A stretch of DNA of 53,660 nucleotides from a virus (Duplodnaviria > Caudoviricetes): positions 1-53,660 of the IMG/VR virus record IMGVR_UViG_3300025887_000028. One strand, written 5' to 3'. The notes under the pieces were generated by a model that did no database searches, was not told the DNA's origin, and saw only the letters and a list, made by a program, of their open reading frames with translations. Shown here one piece after another: positions 29,238 through 37,800 of this stretch. Within the stretch, counting starts at the first letter, position 1. Each line of letters starts with the position of its first letter. The translations under genes were made by a program, and so were the position numbers.

Positions 29238-30698
29238 ATGGAAAGAGTTGTCGTTGAAAAGGTAGATGAGGTCTACGTTCGTGTCGTCGCAGAACCTGGT
29301 ATCAAGATGGAGATGTCCGCATACTTCGAATTTTTTGTTCCAGGTTACAAGTTTATGCCAAGCTATAAGAACAAAATGTGGGATGGGAAGATCCGGCTTC
29401 TCAACACCATGACTGGTATGATATATGCAGGTCTTGTGGGTTACATTGCAAAATTCTGTAAAACAAGAGACTATGAACTCGTGCTCGGTGAAAATATGGC
29501 ACCACTCGAAACATTTCCGGACACTGCTGGTTACGATCTTGCAGAGCAGTTTAATAGCGCATTCGCACCTCGCGACTATCAAAACGATGCAGTTGTCGAA
29601 GCATTGAATGGCGAAAGAAAGCTTCTGCTGTCGCCAACTGCATCTGGTAAATCTTTCATTATCTATCTGCTTGCTAGATATCATGCTGAAATCTGCAATA
29701 GACGCGTTCTCATTCTTGTTCCTACAACATCACTCGTATCACAGATGGCATCTGACTTCGTTGAATACAATAGAGGTAAACCTCTTGATACACATAAGAT
29801 TATGGCAGGAGTGGATAAGAATGTAGATGCACAATATACAGTATCCACATGGCAGTCTATATACAAGCAAAGAAAAGACTACTTCGATAAGTTCGATGTT
29901 ATTTTTGTTGATGAAGCACATCAAGCTAAAGCCAAATCTATCACGAAGATTCTTGAAAAGATGCCTAACATACGTTATAGATACGGTTTAACTGGGACAC
30001 TAGATGACACTGAAACACATGAACTAGTTCTCACTGGGCTTTTTGGTCCAGTGTATCAAGTTACGCATACAAAGACGTTAATTGAGAACAAAACTCTTGC
30101 TGACTTCAAAATCAAAGCAGTGACACTCGAATATCCTGATGGATTGCGCAAGCTAAATAGTAATAAGTCATATCAAGAAGAGATTGATTGGATCGTTCGT
30201 GATGAAGCAAGAAACAAATTTATTCGTAACTTGGCATGGAGTTTACCAGGAAACACTCTCATACTTTTTCAGTTTGTTGAGAAGCACGGTAAAGTCCTTG
30301 CGCCTATGTTGCAAAGAGAAGACAAGAACGTACATTTCATCCATGGTGGGGTTGGGGCACAAGAGCGGGAGGATGTTCGAGGTACTGTCGAAGACAGTGG
30401 CGACAATATTATTCTTGCAAGTTACGGCACATTTTCTACGGGGGTTAGCATTAAAAGACTTGACAATATCATTTTTGCTAGTCCTTCTAAATCTAAAATC
30501 AGAAATCTACAGTCAATTGGGCGAGTGCTGCGTAAAGGCAACGGTAAAGATAAAGCTGTTCTATATGACATTGTGGACGACTTACAATGGAAGTCAAAAA
30601 AGAACTTTGCAGTTCAACACTTCCTTGAGCGTGTGAAAATCTACTCGAATGAGGGTTTCGAATTTAAGATATATAATGTTAAGATAGGAGATCATTGA
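29238..30698 (+). CDS. uvsW: RNA-DNA/DNA helicase UvsW
   Basis: WDGKIRL, SPTASGKS, DEAH, GLTGT, QSIGRVLR. Confidence 0.97.
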   Translation: MERVVVEKVDEVYVRVVAEPGIKMEMSAYFEFFVPGYKFMPSYKNKMWDGKIRLLNTMTGMIYAGLVGYIAKFCKTRDYELVLGENMAPLETFPDTAGYDLAEQFNSAFAPRDYQNDAVVEALNGERKLLLSPTASGKSFIIYLLARYHAEICNRRVLILVPTTSLVSQMASDFVEYNRGKPLDTHKIMAGVDKNVDAQYTVSTWQSIYKQRKDYFDKFDVIFVDEAHQAKAKSITKILEKMPNIRYRYGLTGTLDDTETHELVLTGLFGPVYQVTHTKTLIENKTLADFKIKAVTLEYPDGLRKLNSNKSYQEEIDWIVRDEARNKFIRNLAWSLPGNTLILFQFVEKHGKVLAPMLQREDKNVHFIHGGVGAQEREDVRGTVEDSGDNIILASYGTFSTGVSIKRLDNIIFASPSKSKIRNLQSIGRVLRKGNGKDKAVLYDIVDDLQWKSKKNFAVQHFLERVKIYSNEGFEFKIYNVKIGDH

Positions 30699-31048
30699 TG
30701 AACCTGTTACACATAAAACTGAAGAACGGTGAAGACATTCTTGCAAAAGATCAGTCTACATCACTTGAAAACGTTGTTGTAGTTGCGATGCCTATCTCTG
30801 TTCACATGGATCCTTTGCACGGCTTCTTTGCTAAATCTTGGATGGTTCTGTCAGATATCGATGTAGTTTCCATCAATAAAAATGACATAATGTTTTGTTA
30901 TCCTGCGTCTCAGCATGGTGTCAACTACTATGAAGAGTTTATGAAGAAGCATATCAGATACGATGATGATATTGAATCTGATGATATCGATGACCTAGAG
31001 AAGATGTTCGAAGCAATGCTAGAATCTAAATCATCTAAAATACACTAA
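30698..31048 (+). CDS. Hypothetical protein between uvsW and gp55 (possible Sm-like fold)
   Basis: HIKLKNGEDILA start, acidic tail; SD aggag. Confidence 0.7.
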   Translation: MNLLHIKLKNGEDILAKDQSTSLENVVVVAMPISVHMDPLHGFFAKSWMVLSDIDVVSINKNDIMFCYPASQHGVNYYEEFMKKHIRYDDDIESDDIDDLEKMFEAMLESKSSKIH

Positions 31049-31071
31049 TAGTATTCATATTCGTTATAAGC

Positions 31072-31100
31072 ATTATACACATTCTCAGCACCCATGTCAA
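31072..31100 (-). promoter_or_regulatory. Consensus sigma70 promoter pointing antisense to the uvsW operon
   Basis: Minus strand TTGACA-N17-TATAAT. Confidence 0.65.
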
Positions 31101-31114
31101 CCATTAATTAGGGG

Positions 31115-31143
31115 TTGACATCACATATATTTTGGTATACAAT
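31115..31143 (+). promoter_or_regulatory. sigma70 promoter for gp55
   Basis: TTGACA-N17-TACAAT. Confidence 0.8.
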
Positions 31144-31162
31144 GAAAAGAAAAGGATTTGAA

Positions 31163-31687
31163 ATGGCTAAAGCTAAAAGAAATTATGTAAACAACGCTCA
31201 CTTTTTCGATGCTATGGTTGAGTACCGCAAGCTATGCGAAGATGCTGAGAACGGTGGAGACGAACATCCACGAATACCGAACTACATAGGCGAGTGTCTA
31301 TATCAGATAGCGAATCGTCTTGCAACAAAACCTAACTTCTCTGGATATTCATATAAAGAAGAGATGATTAGTGATGGATTAGAAAATGCGATCATGGCAG
31401 TCAAGAACTTTGATCCAGATAAGTCTAAGAATCCATTCGCATACTTCACACAAGTCATCTACTTTGCGTTTCTCAGACGAATCGAAAAAGAGAAGAAGCA
31501 GTTGTACATCAAACACAAGGTTGTTGAAAACTCTGTAATTCATGATACAGCAGTCGATAGATCAGGTGGTGGCGAGAGTAAAGATGGTAGTGCTGCATAC
31601 ATTGACTTGGATAATGATTACATGAGTAACTTTGTTGAAGGATATGAAGCCACTATGCAGAAGAAACGAGATAATGCGAAAAAATGA
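31163..31687 (+). CDS. gp55: Late sigma factor gp55
   Basis: NYVNN, IPNYIGEC, NFSGYSYKEEMISDG, NPFAYFTQ; ATG 31163 with agga SD. Confidence 0.96.
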   Translation: MAKAKRNYVNNAHFFDAMVEYRKLCEDAENGGDEHPRIPNYIGECLYQIANRLATKPNFSGYSYKEEMISDGLENAIMAVKNFDPDKSKNPFAYFTQVIYFAFLRRIEKEKKQLYIKHKVVENSVIHDTAVDRSGGGESKDGSAAYIDLDNDYMSNFVEGYEATMQKKRDNAKK

Positions 31688-31699
31688 TGGAGTATAATT

Positions 31700-31867
31700 A
31701 TGGCGCAACCTTTACCAGTTATTATAGAAGACTTAGTTGCTAAAGTAAGAGATAGTAAGACGCATCCTGAACAGAGGCAGCATTACGCAGGAACTTTGAA
31801 AAATATTATTGATGAAAGCACCAAAGCATATAAGCAATGGGAGCAAGATTGGGTTAATAGACGATAA
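31700..31867 (+). CDS. Small hypothetical protein (55 aa)
   Basis: Not in ORF track: MAQPLPVIIEDLVAKVRDSKTHPEQRQHYAGTL...; ggag SD, TAATG overlap with gp47. Confidence 0.7.
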   Translation: MAQPLPVIIEDLVAKVRDSKTHPEQRQHYAGTLKNIIDESTKAYKQWEQDWVNRR

Positions 31868-32934
31868 TGAAGATAGCCATTATAACTGACACACACTGGG
31901 GTGCGAGAAATGACAACGCTGCACTTGCACATCACTTTGCAAAATTTTATACCGACGTATTCTTTCCTACCCTAGAAGCTGAAGGTGTAAAGACTATTTT
32001 GCATTTGGGCGATTTAATGGATCGTCGTAAATATGTCAACTATGTTACAGCAAGAAACACTGAAACGTATTTCATCAAACCGTGTTATGACATGGGTATT
32101 GATGTTCATATCATTGCAGGTAATCACGACACATACTACAAGAATACGAACGAAGTCAACAGTCTACGCGAGTTGTACTCGGAAACAAAGTATGATAATT
32201 TAAATCTATATTGGGAAAAGCCGACTGAATTGCATTTCGATGGCTGTGATATTATGCTTGCGCCATGGATTTGCGCAGACAATTCACACGAGACACTTGA
32301 AATATTTCAGAATACCAAGGCGCAAGTTCTTATGGGTCACTTTGAAATCTCTGGCTTTGAGATGATGAAAGGTCACTTGTGTGATCATGGGTTAAGCAAA
32401 TCTATCTTCAAAAAGTTTGACGATGTTTATTCTGGTCACTTTCATCATCCGTCATCGCATGATAACATCACATATCTTGGCGCACCGTATGAGATGAACT
32501 GGTCGGATTATGACGGAAAACGTGGATTTCACATCTTTGATACCAAAACTCGTGAGATGACTTTCTATCAAAATCCACATAGAATCTTTCATAAAATCAT
32601 CTATGATGACACTGACATGACAATCGAAGATGTTGCAGAACTTGACATTTCTCTATTGACAAACACATTCATAAAGGTTATAATCAGAGAGAGAAATAAT
32701 CCATACATCTTTGATTTATTCCTTGACCGATTACAGTCAAGTGATGCTGCTGATATCAAGATTGTTGAAGATCATATGAACTTGGACTTAATCGGTGATG
32801 ACGAGTTGCTTGATGAAGCACAGGACACATTGACTATATTGAAGCAATATGTTGACACTATGAATCTGTCGAGCAATAAGGACAAGGTGAATACGTGCTT
32901 GCGTGAACTATACAGTGAGGCTATAAATCTGTGA
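31867..32934 (+). CDS. gp47: Recombination nuclease gp47 (Mre11/SbcD-like)
   Basis: DTHWG, GDLMD, GNHD, SGHFH. Confidence 0.96.
   Translation: MKIAIITDTHWGARNDNAALAHHFAKFYTDVFFPTLEAEGVKTILHLGDLMDRRKYVNYVTARNTETYFIKPCYDMGIDVHIIAGNHDTYYKNTNEVNSLRELYSETKYDNLNLYWEKPTELHFDGCDIMLAPWICADNSHETLEIFQNTKAQVLMGHFEISGFEMMKGHLCDHGLSKSIFKKFDDVYSGHFHHPSSHDNITYLGAPYEMNWSDYDGKRGFHIFDTKTREMTFYQNPHRIFHKIIYDDTDMTIEDVAELDISLLTNTFIKVIIRERNNPYIFDLFLDRLQSSDAADIKIVEDHMNLDLIGDDELLDEAQDTLTILKQYVDTMNLSSNKDKVNTCLRELYSEAINL
32656..32684 (+). promoter_or_regulatory. Internal sigma70 promoter in gp47 (for gp46)
   Basis: TTGACA-N17-TATAAT. Confidence 0.65.
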
Positions 32935-34640
32935 TACATTTTGATAAGTTATCCTATAAAAATATATTGTCAACAGGCAACGCTTGGACTGAGATTGATC
33001 TGGCAGCCAACAAATCTACGCTGATCGTGGGTGAAAACGGTGCTGGTAAATCGACTATGCTAGATGCAATCTGCTTTGCACTTTATGGTAAACCTTTTCG
33101 CAAGATTAACAAGCCACAGCTAATGAATTCTATCAATCAAAAAGACTTGAAGGTCAAGGTAGAATTTACAACATCTGGTCACAAATATATTGTTCTTAGA
33201 GGTATGAAGCCAGCCATCTTTGAGATATGGCGAGATGGTGAATTGCTTAATCAAGACGCAGCGGCGCGTGACTATCAAGCTTATCTTGAGGAGAATATTC
33301 TTAAATTGAATTTCAAATCTTTCGGACAAGTTGTTGTACTGGGTTCAAGTACATTCGTACCTTTCATGCAGCTACCCGCAAAGTCTAGACGCGATGTTAT
33401 TGAAGATTTGCTTGATATTCAAATCTTTACTGTCATGAACACTCTACTAAAAGAGAAGATTTCTGCGAATAAAGATAATGTCGCGGAAATAAAATATCAA
33501 ATTGACCTGCTCAAAAACAAAATCGAATCTGCTAAGAATCACAACGAATCTATTCGCAAAATCAAAGAAACTGAGGTTTCGCGAATCAAAGATCGTGTGA
33601 AAGAACAGTTAACTATCATTGAAGCAGAGGAGAAGAATATTGAATCTGTTTCTTCAGTGATGGACAATCTCACTGCGCAGATCGGTGACAAATCTTCCGA
33701 GAAAAAGAAGCTAGAAGAGCTTGGTAAGATAGACGATAAATTAGACACGAAGATGCGTCAGATCATGAAGGAAGTGAAGTTCTATGAGAATCATGATAAC
33801 TGTCCAACGTGTAAGCAAGGTATCGAGCACACATTCAAAGAAGATACCAAATCTTCGCATCTGGAAAAGGTCAAAGAAATTGAGTTGGCAAAGGAGCAAA
33901 TTGTCGAGCGAAAGTCGAAGCATATCAATAGACTTAATGTAGTAAGCGATATCGAGGACGAGATTTCTGCGCATCATCTCAGAGTATCTGAGCATAGAGC
34001 GAATGTTAAGTTTGCAAAGAATACGCTATCAAGTATTCGAACAGAGCTTGAAGATGCCCAGAAAGAATTTGAGAGTATTGACACATCTACCATAAATAAT
34101 CTAGAAAGCGATCTAAAGTCTTACCACGCGAATCAAACTGAGTTGTTTGATAGTCGAGAAACTTTGTCACTTGTCAGTTCAATGTTAAAAGATGGTGGCA
34201 TTAAAACGCGAATCATCAAACAGTATATTCCTATCATGAATAAATTGATCAACAAGTATCTTGCTGCTATGGATTTCTTTGTGCAATTTGAATTAGACGA
34301 GAGTTTTAATGAAACAATTAAGAGTCGTTTTCGTGACGAGTTTTCTTACGCTTCTTTCTCCGAAGGAGAGAAATTGCGTATTGACCTTGCCCTACTATTT
34401 ACATGGAGAGCAGTAGCAAAACTTCGTAACTCGGTATCTACTAATCTACTGATCATGGACGAGATTATGGATAGTAGTCTTGACAACACAGGAACAGAAG
34501 AGTTCTTGAAAATTATCAACGAACTTACAGCAGATTCCAACATCTTTATCATCAGTCACAAGGGTGATCAATTGTACGACAAATTCGATAACGTTATCCG
34601 TTTCGAAAAGGTTAAAAATTTTAGTAGAATGGCTACATAG
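32931..34640 (+). CDS. gp46: Recombination ATPase gp46 (Rad50/SbcC-like)
   Basis: GENGAGKST, CPTC zinc hook, FSEGEK signature, MDE, ISH. Confidence 0.97.
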   Translation: MIHFDKLSYKNILSTGNAWTEIDLAANKSTLIVGENGAGKSTMLDAICFALYGKPFRKINKPQLMNSINQKDLKVKVEFTTSGHKYIVLRGMKPAIFEIWRDGELLNQDAAARDYQAYLEENILKLNFKSFGQVVVLGSSTFVPFMQLPAKSRRDVIEDLLDIQIFTVMNTLLKEKISANKDNVAEIKYQIDLLKNKIESAKNHNESIRKIKETEVSRIKDRVKEQLTIIEAEEKNIESVSSVMDNLTAQIGDKSSEKKKLEELGKIDDKLDTKMRQIMKEVKFYENHDNCPTCKQGIEHTFKEDTKSSHLEKVKEIELAKEQIVERKSKHINRLNVVSDIEDEISAHHLRVSEHRANVKFAKNTLSSIRTELEDAQKEFESIDTSTINNLESDLKSYHANQTELFDSRETLSLVSSMLKDGGIKTRIIKQYIPIMNKLINKYLAAMDFFVQFELDESFNETIKSRFRDEFSYASFSEGEKLRIDLALLFTWRAVAKLRNSVSTNLLIMDEIMDSSLDNTGTEEFLKIINELTADSNIFIISHKGDQLYDKFDNVIRFEKVKNFSRMAT

Positions 34641-34649
34641 GAGAGTAAA

Positions 34650-34808
34650 ATGCAAACTGGAAGACTTGCTTCTTTAGAAAGCAAACATAAAGACTTGCAC
34701 AATCGTATTGAAGTTCTTGAGGCTGAGAAGGCACCTGAGAAGTATATTAAGCCTTTGAAAGTTGAAAAACTCATGATAAAGGACGAGATTGAAAAATTGC
34801 ATGTATAA
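34650..34808 (+). CDS. DUF465/YdcH-like small coiled-coil protein (52 aa)
   Basis: Not in ORF track: MQTGRLASLESKHKDLHNRIEVLE...LKVEKLMIKDEIEKL; aggag SD. Confidence 0.75.
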   Translation: MQTGRLASLESKHKDLHNRIEVLEAEKAPEKYIKPLKVEKLMIKDEIEKLHV

Positions 34809-35217
34809 CACTAAGATAGGATTCACATGCTCTGTTTTTGATTTACTCCACGCCGGACACATTGCTATGTTGCGCGAAGCAAAGACGCAGTGCGACTATC
34901 TTATCTGTGGGCTTCAGCTAGACCCGAATATTGATAGACCAGAGAAGAATAGACCGGTTCAGACTGTGGTAGAACGCTATACACAGCTATCAGCCGTCAA
35001 GTATGTTGACGAAATAATTCCGTATGTGACAGAAAAAGACTTGACAGATATGCTTGAAATGTATAGTATAGATGTAAGGATTTTGGGTGACGAATACAAA
35101 GACAAGGACTTCACTGGTCGTGAACTGTGTGATAAACTTGGTATTGACTTGTATTTCAATCGCCGCAACCATAGATTTTCATCAAGTGAATTGAGAAAAA
35201 GAATTTTGGAGAAATAA
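34801..35217 (+). CDS. Cytidylyltransferase (TagD/glycerol-3-phosphate CTase-like)
   Basis: FDLLHAGH (HxGH), YVDEII, RFSSSELR. Confidence 0.88.
   Translation: MYNTKIGFTCSVFDLLHAGHIAMLREAKTQCDYLICGLQLDPNIDRPEKNRPVQTVVERYTQLSAVKYVDEIIPYVTEKDLTDMLEMYSIDVRILGDEYKDKDFTGRELCDKLGIDLYFNRRNHRFSSSELRKRILEK
35041..35069 (+). promoter_or_regulatory. Possible internal sigma70 promoter upstream of the FkbM gene
   Basis: TTGACA-N17-TAGTAT. Confidence 0.45.
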
Positions 35218-35960
35218 TGAAATTAAAGAGGCATAATTATACGAAAAATATTTTAGACTTTATAGATGAATCTGAAGACGAATATATTGATTTAGAGTTA
35301 CAAGAGAATAAAGGTATGAAAGCCTATGTCCGACCTGAGACGTCTGATCCATTTGTTCTAAAAGAAGTCTCTTCTGGCGAATATCGCAAACTCAAAATTA
35401 CTCCAGATGATGTAATCGTTGACTTTGGTTTAAATATAGGTATGTTTACAACTTATGCCCTTTTACAAGGCGCAAAAGAGGTTCACTCCTTTGAAGCTGA
35501 AACTGAGAATTTTCAACTTGCTCAGATGAATGTGAAGCTTAACGGAGTTGATGATAGAGCATATCTCCATAATCGTGCTGTTGTTGGGAATGATGATGAA
35601 GAACGCTATTTCTCTATCAATGTAAAGAAAAATAAGGGTGCGCATTCACTTATTGAGAAGCGTGGTCGCGACACCGCCACCGTAAAGTGTATCAACGTCA
35701 ACAAGGTCTTAGAAGAAGTCAAGCCTAGCATTATTAAGATGGATATTGAAGGTGGTGAATATGAGGTCTTGAAATCCATTAAAAACTATGATACAATACA
35801 TCAATTGATATTTGAATTTCACCATGCACATTTGAACGATATTCCAGATCATCTTAAATATAATGAGATTTTGGACTTACTTCGTAAAGAGTTTTCCAAT
35901 GTTGAAGCAAGAGAAGATACAAAAGGCGCATGGGTATGTGTAGTATATTGTTGGAGATAA
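35217..35960 (+). CDS. FkbM-family SAM-dependent methyltransferase
   Basis: VDFGLNIGMF, VHSFEA, IKMDIEGGEYEVL, IFEFH. Confidence 0.88.
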   Translation: MKLKRHNYTKNILDFIDESEDEYIDLELQENKGMKAYVRPETSDPFVLKEVSSGEYRKLKITPDDVIVDFGLNIGMFTTYALLQGAKEVHSFEAETENFQLAQMNVKLNGVDDRAYLHNRAVVGNDDEERYFSINVKKNKGAHSLIEKRGRDTATVKCINVNKVLEEVKPSIIKMDIEGGEYEVLKSIKNYDTIHQLIFEFHHAHLNDIPDHLKYNEILDLLRKEFSNVEAREDTKGAWVCVVYCWR

Positions 35961-35961
35961 C

Positions 35962-37467
35962 ATGAATAAAACACCTAAATCAGTTGTTGAAGAGAGCGGC
36001 GAATACGATAACTACCTCGACTTTCAAAAGAGAGTCGAGGACTCGTATAGTGTTGGTCTAGAAAAATTCTTTGGCGAAGAAGTACCAGATGTTCTGTACG
36101 ATCAGACGAAAGCCAAGCGTAAAAATGATGCTTGGAAAGTTGTTTATGTTCACTTCCGTAATATAGACGACCTTGAGGACTTCTGTAAGCGTATAAATCA
36201 AATGTTGGATTACAAGAAGAAAGTGACCTGGTATCCTTTGATTGATAGAGGTGCGACTCTGTTTGACGATGGAGATGAAGGTGAAATTGCAATTGATCGT
36301 ACACTTCTTATTCCTCGTAAGGAAACAAAAGAGAAGTTGCCTACTCTTGGTGAACTCAAGTGGAAGCAACACTGGCATGGTATGCCTGAGTTTGCGCAAG
36401 AGCATAGAGAACCGTTTCGCACCGTTCATGTGAAGTTTCGTAACGAAGAAGACTACCGAGAGTTTTCTCGGAAAATTGACCAAGAACTTACTGATAAGAC
36501 GAAAGCTATCTGGCATCCCAAGCTAGAGATTACAGCGAATCGTCTTCTGCGTTGGGTCGAAGATGGTGAGAGAACTCAAGCAAAACATCCACTCTACATT
36601 ATTTCAAAGACACGCTATGACAGTATGTTCACGTCACGTTCTTTGGCACGTATGCAGATTCCACATTACATTGCGATTGAGCCTCAAGAAGAAGAGCAAT
36701 ACGAAAAGGCACTAGACAACTTTGGTATTCGTGACTATGTAACACTTCTTGTTGCTCCATTCTCCAATCATGGCGATGGTCCAGGTCGTGCAAGAAACTG
36801 GTGTTGGGATCACTCTATCAGCATCGGTGCTAAGTATCACTGGGTCTTTGATGACAACATTAGTGACTTCTATCGTCTCCATGAGAATCAGCGTATTCGC
36901 TTTGAGAGTGGTGCAGGGTTTCGTGCGATGGAAGACTTTGTAGAGAGATTTAAGAATGTTTACATTGCTGGTCCACAGTATCGTTTCTTTATTGCACCAG
37001 ATCAGAAGTATCCTGCATTCGTTGCCAACACCCGTATATATTCTGCTTTGCTTATCAGGAATGATTGTAAGCATCGCTGGCGTGGTCGTTACAATGAAGA
37101 CACTGATATCTGCCTTCGGGTTCTGAAAGATGGCGACTGTACCATTCAGTTCAATGCATTTATGCAAGGCAAAGCTGCAACTCAGACTGTAAAGGGTGGT
37201 AATACCGCTGAGTTCTATCACGCAGAGAACTCGGAGAAGATTGATGATGCCACGAACTACAATGCTGAAGGTACTGTGAACAAATCGCAAATGCTTGTTG
37301 ATATGCACCCAGATGTAGCCCGTCTTGTCTGGCGCTATGGTCGCTGGCACCACTGGGTTGACTATGAACCCTTCAAGAAGAACCAGTTGAAGTATGTTGA
37401 TGGCTTCGAGGTGCCTACTGGCGTAAATAATTACGGAATGCGTCTAGAAACCGATTTTAAGGGTTGA
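35962..37467 (+). CDS. TET-associated/GREB1-like (TAGT) glycosyltransferase with duplicated N-terminal accessory domain
   Basis: YIISKTR, IEPQE..Y, GPGRARNWCWDH, HWVFDDNI, RIYSALLI, WRGRYNEDTDICLR, KGGNT. Confidence 0.78.
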   Translation: MNKTPKSVVEESGEYDNYLDFQKRVEDSYSVGLEKFFGEEVPDVLYDQTKAKRKNDAWKVVYVHFRNIDDLEDFCKRINQMLDYKKKVTWYPLIDRGATLFDDGDEGEIAIDRTLLIPRKETKEKLPTLGELKWKQHWHGMPEFAQEHREPFRTVHVKFRNEEDYREFSRKIDQELTDKTKAIWHPKLEITANRLLRWVEDGERTQAKHPLYIISKTRYDSMFTSRSLARMQIPHYIAIEPQEEEQYEKALDNFGIRDYVTLLVAPFSNHGDGPGRARNWCWDHSISIGAKYHWVFDDNISDFYRLHENQRIRFESGAGFRAMEDFVERFKNVYIAGPQYRFFIAPDQKYPAFVANTRIYSALLIRNDCKHRWRGRYNEDTDICLRVLKDGDCTIQFNAFMQGKAATQTVKGGNTAEFYHAENSEKIDDATNYNAEGTVNKSQMLVDMHPDVARLVWRYGRWHHWVDYEPFKKNQLKYVDGFEVPTGVNNYGMRLETDFKG

Positions 37468-37492
37468 CATTCATGACGAATCACTATACATT
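37464..37492 (+). promoter_or_regulatory. sigma70 promoter with CGAATCA in the spacer
   Basis: TTGACA-N17-TACATT. Confidence 0.7.
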
Positions 37493-37519
37493 CATAATGT
37501 AACAAAGAGAGTGATAGCC

Positions 37520-37741
37520 ATGAATGTCAATGTTAGCGGTAATGAACTTCTGAAAATCTTCAACGAGTGCGGTGTTCAAGGCTGGCCTGAGAAGAAAATG
37601 AAGTTCATTCGGCGTGATGTTCGTCAACTGCGGGACTGGTTCCACGATAATGTTATCACTGTTGAAGAAATGCAAAATATTAATGGTTTCGGCAAGAAGC
37701 GGCAGCAATATGTTTTAGAATTTATCAGTGTTTTTTGTTGA
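37520..37741 (+). CDS. Small protein with a C-terminal helix-hairpin-helix-like motif
   Basis: TVEEMQNINGFGKKRQQYV; own promoter. Confidence 0.6.
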   Translation: MNVNVSGNELLKIFNECGVQGWPEKKMKFIRRDVRQLRDWFHDNVITVEEMQNINGFGKKRQQYVLEFISVFC

Positions 37742-37766
37742 CATACAGCGAATCATGTGCTATATG
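37738..37766 (+). promoter_or_regulatory. sigma70 promoter with CGAATCA in the spacer
   Basis: TTGACA-N17-TATATG, TG-extended. Confidence 0.7.
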
Positions 37767-37800
37767 TCTAGTGTGAAATGAAGAAAGTGAGTTATATACT

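Noticed and set aside
29046-29684. 212-aa minus-strand ORF over uvsY/uvsW
   Set aside because: No recognisable motifs, overlaps conserved genes, and lies ~1.4 kb from the antisense promoter
31104-31119. CtrA-like box TTAA-N7-TTGAC at the gp55 promoter
   Set aside because: One mismatch, AT-rich context, and explained by the -35 box; single occurrence
31115-31162. ORF-track N-terminal extension of gp55 (likewise gp62 from 43227 and ORFs from 20276, 24915, 52230)
   Set aside because: These starts fall in promoters, hairpins or upstream genes; downstream ATGs have better SD or stop-start coupling
36712-37353. 213-aa minus-strand ORF within the TAGT gene
   Set aside because: Antisense shadow with no protein-like features
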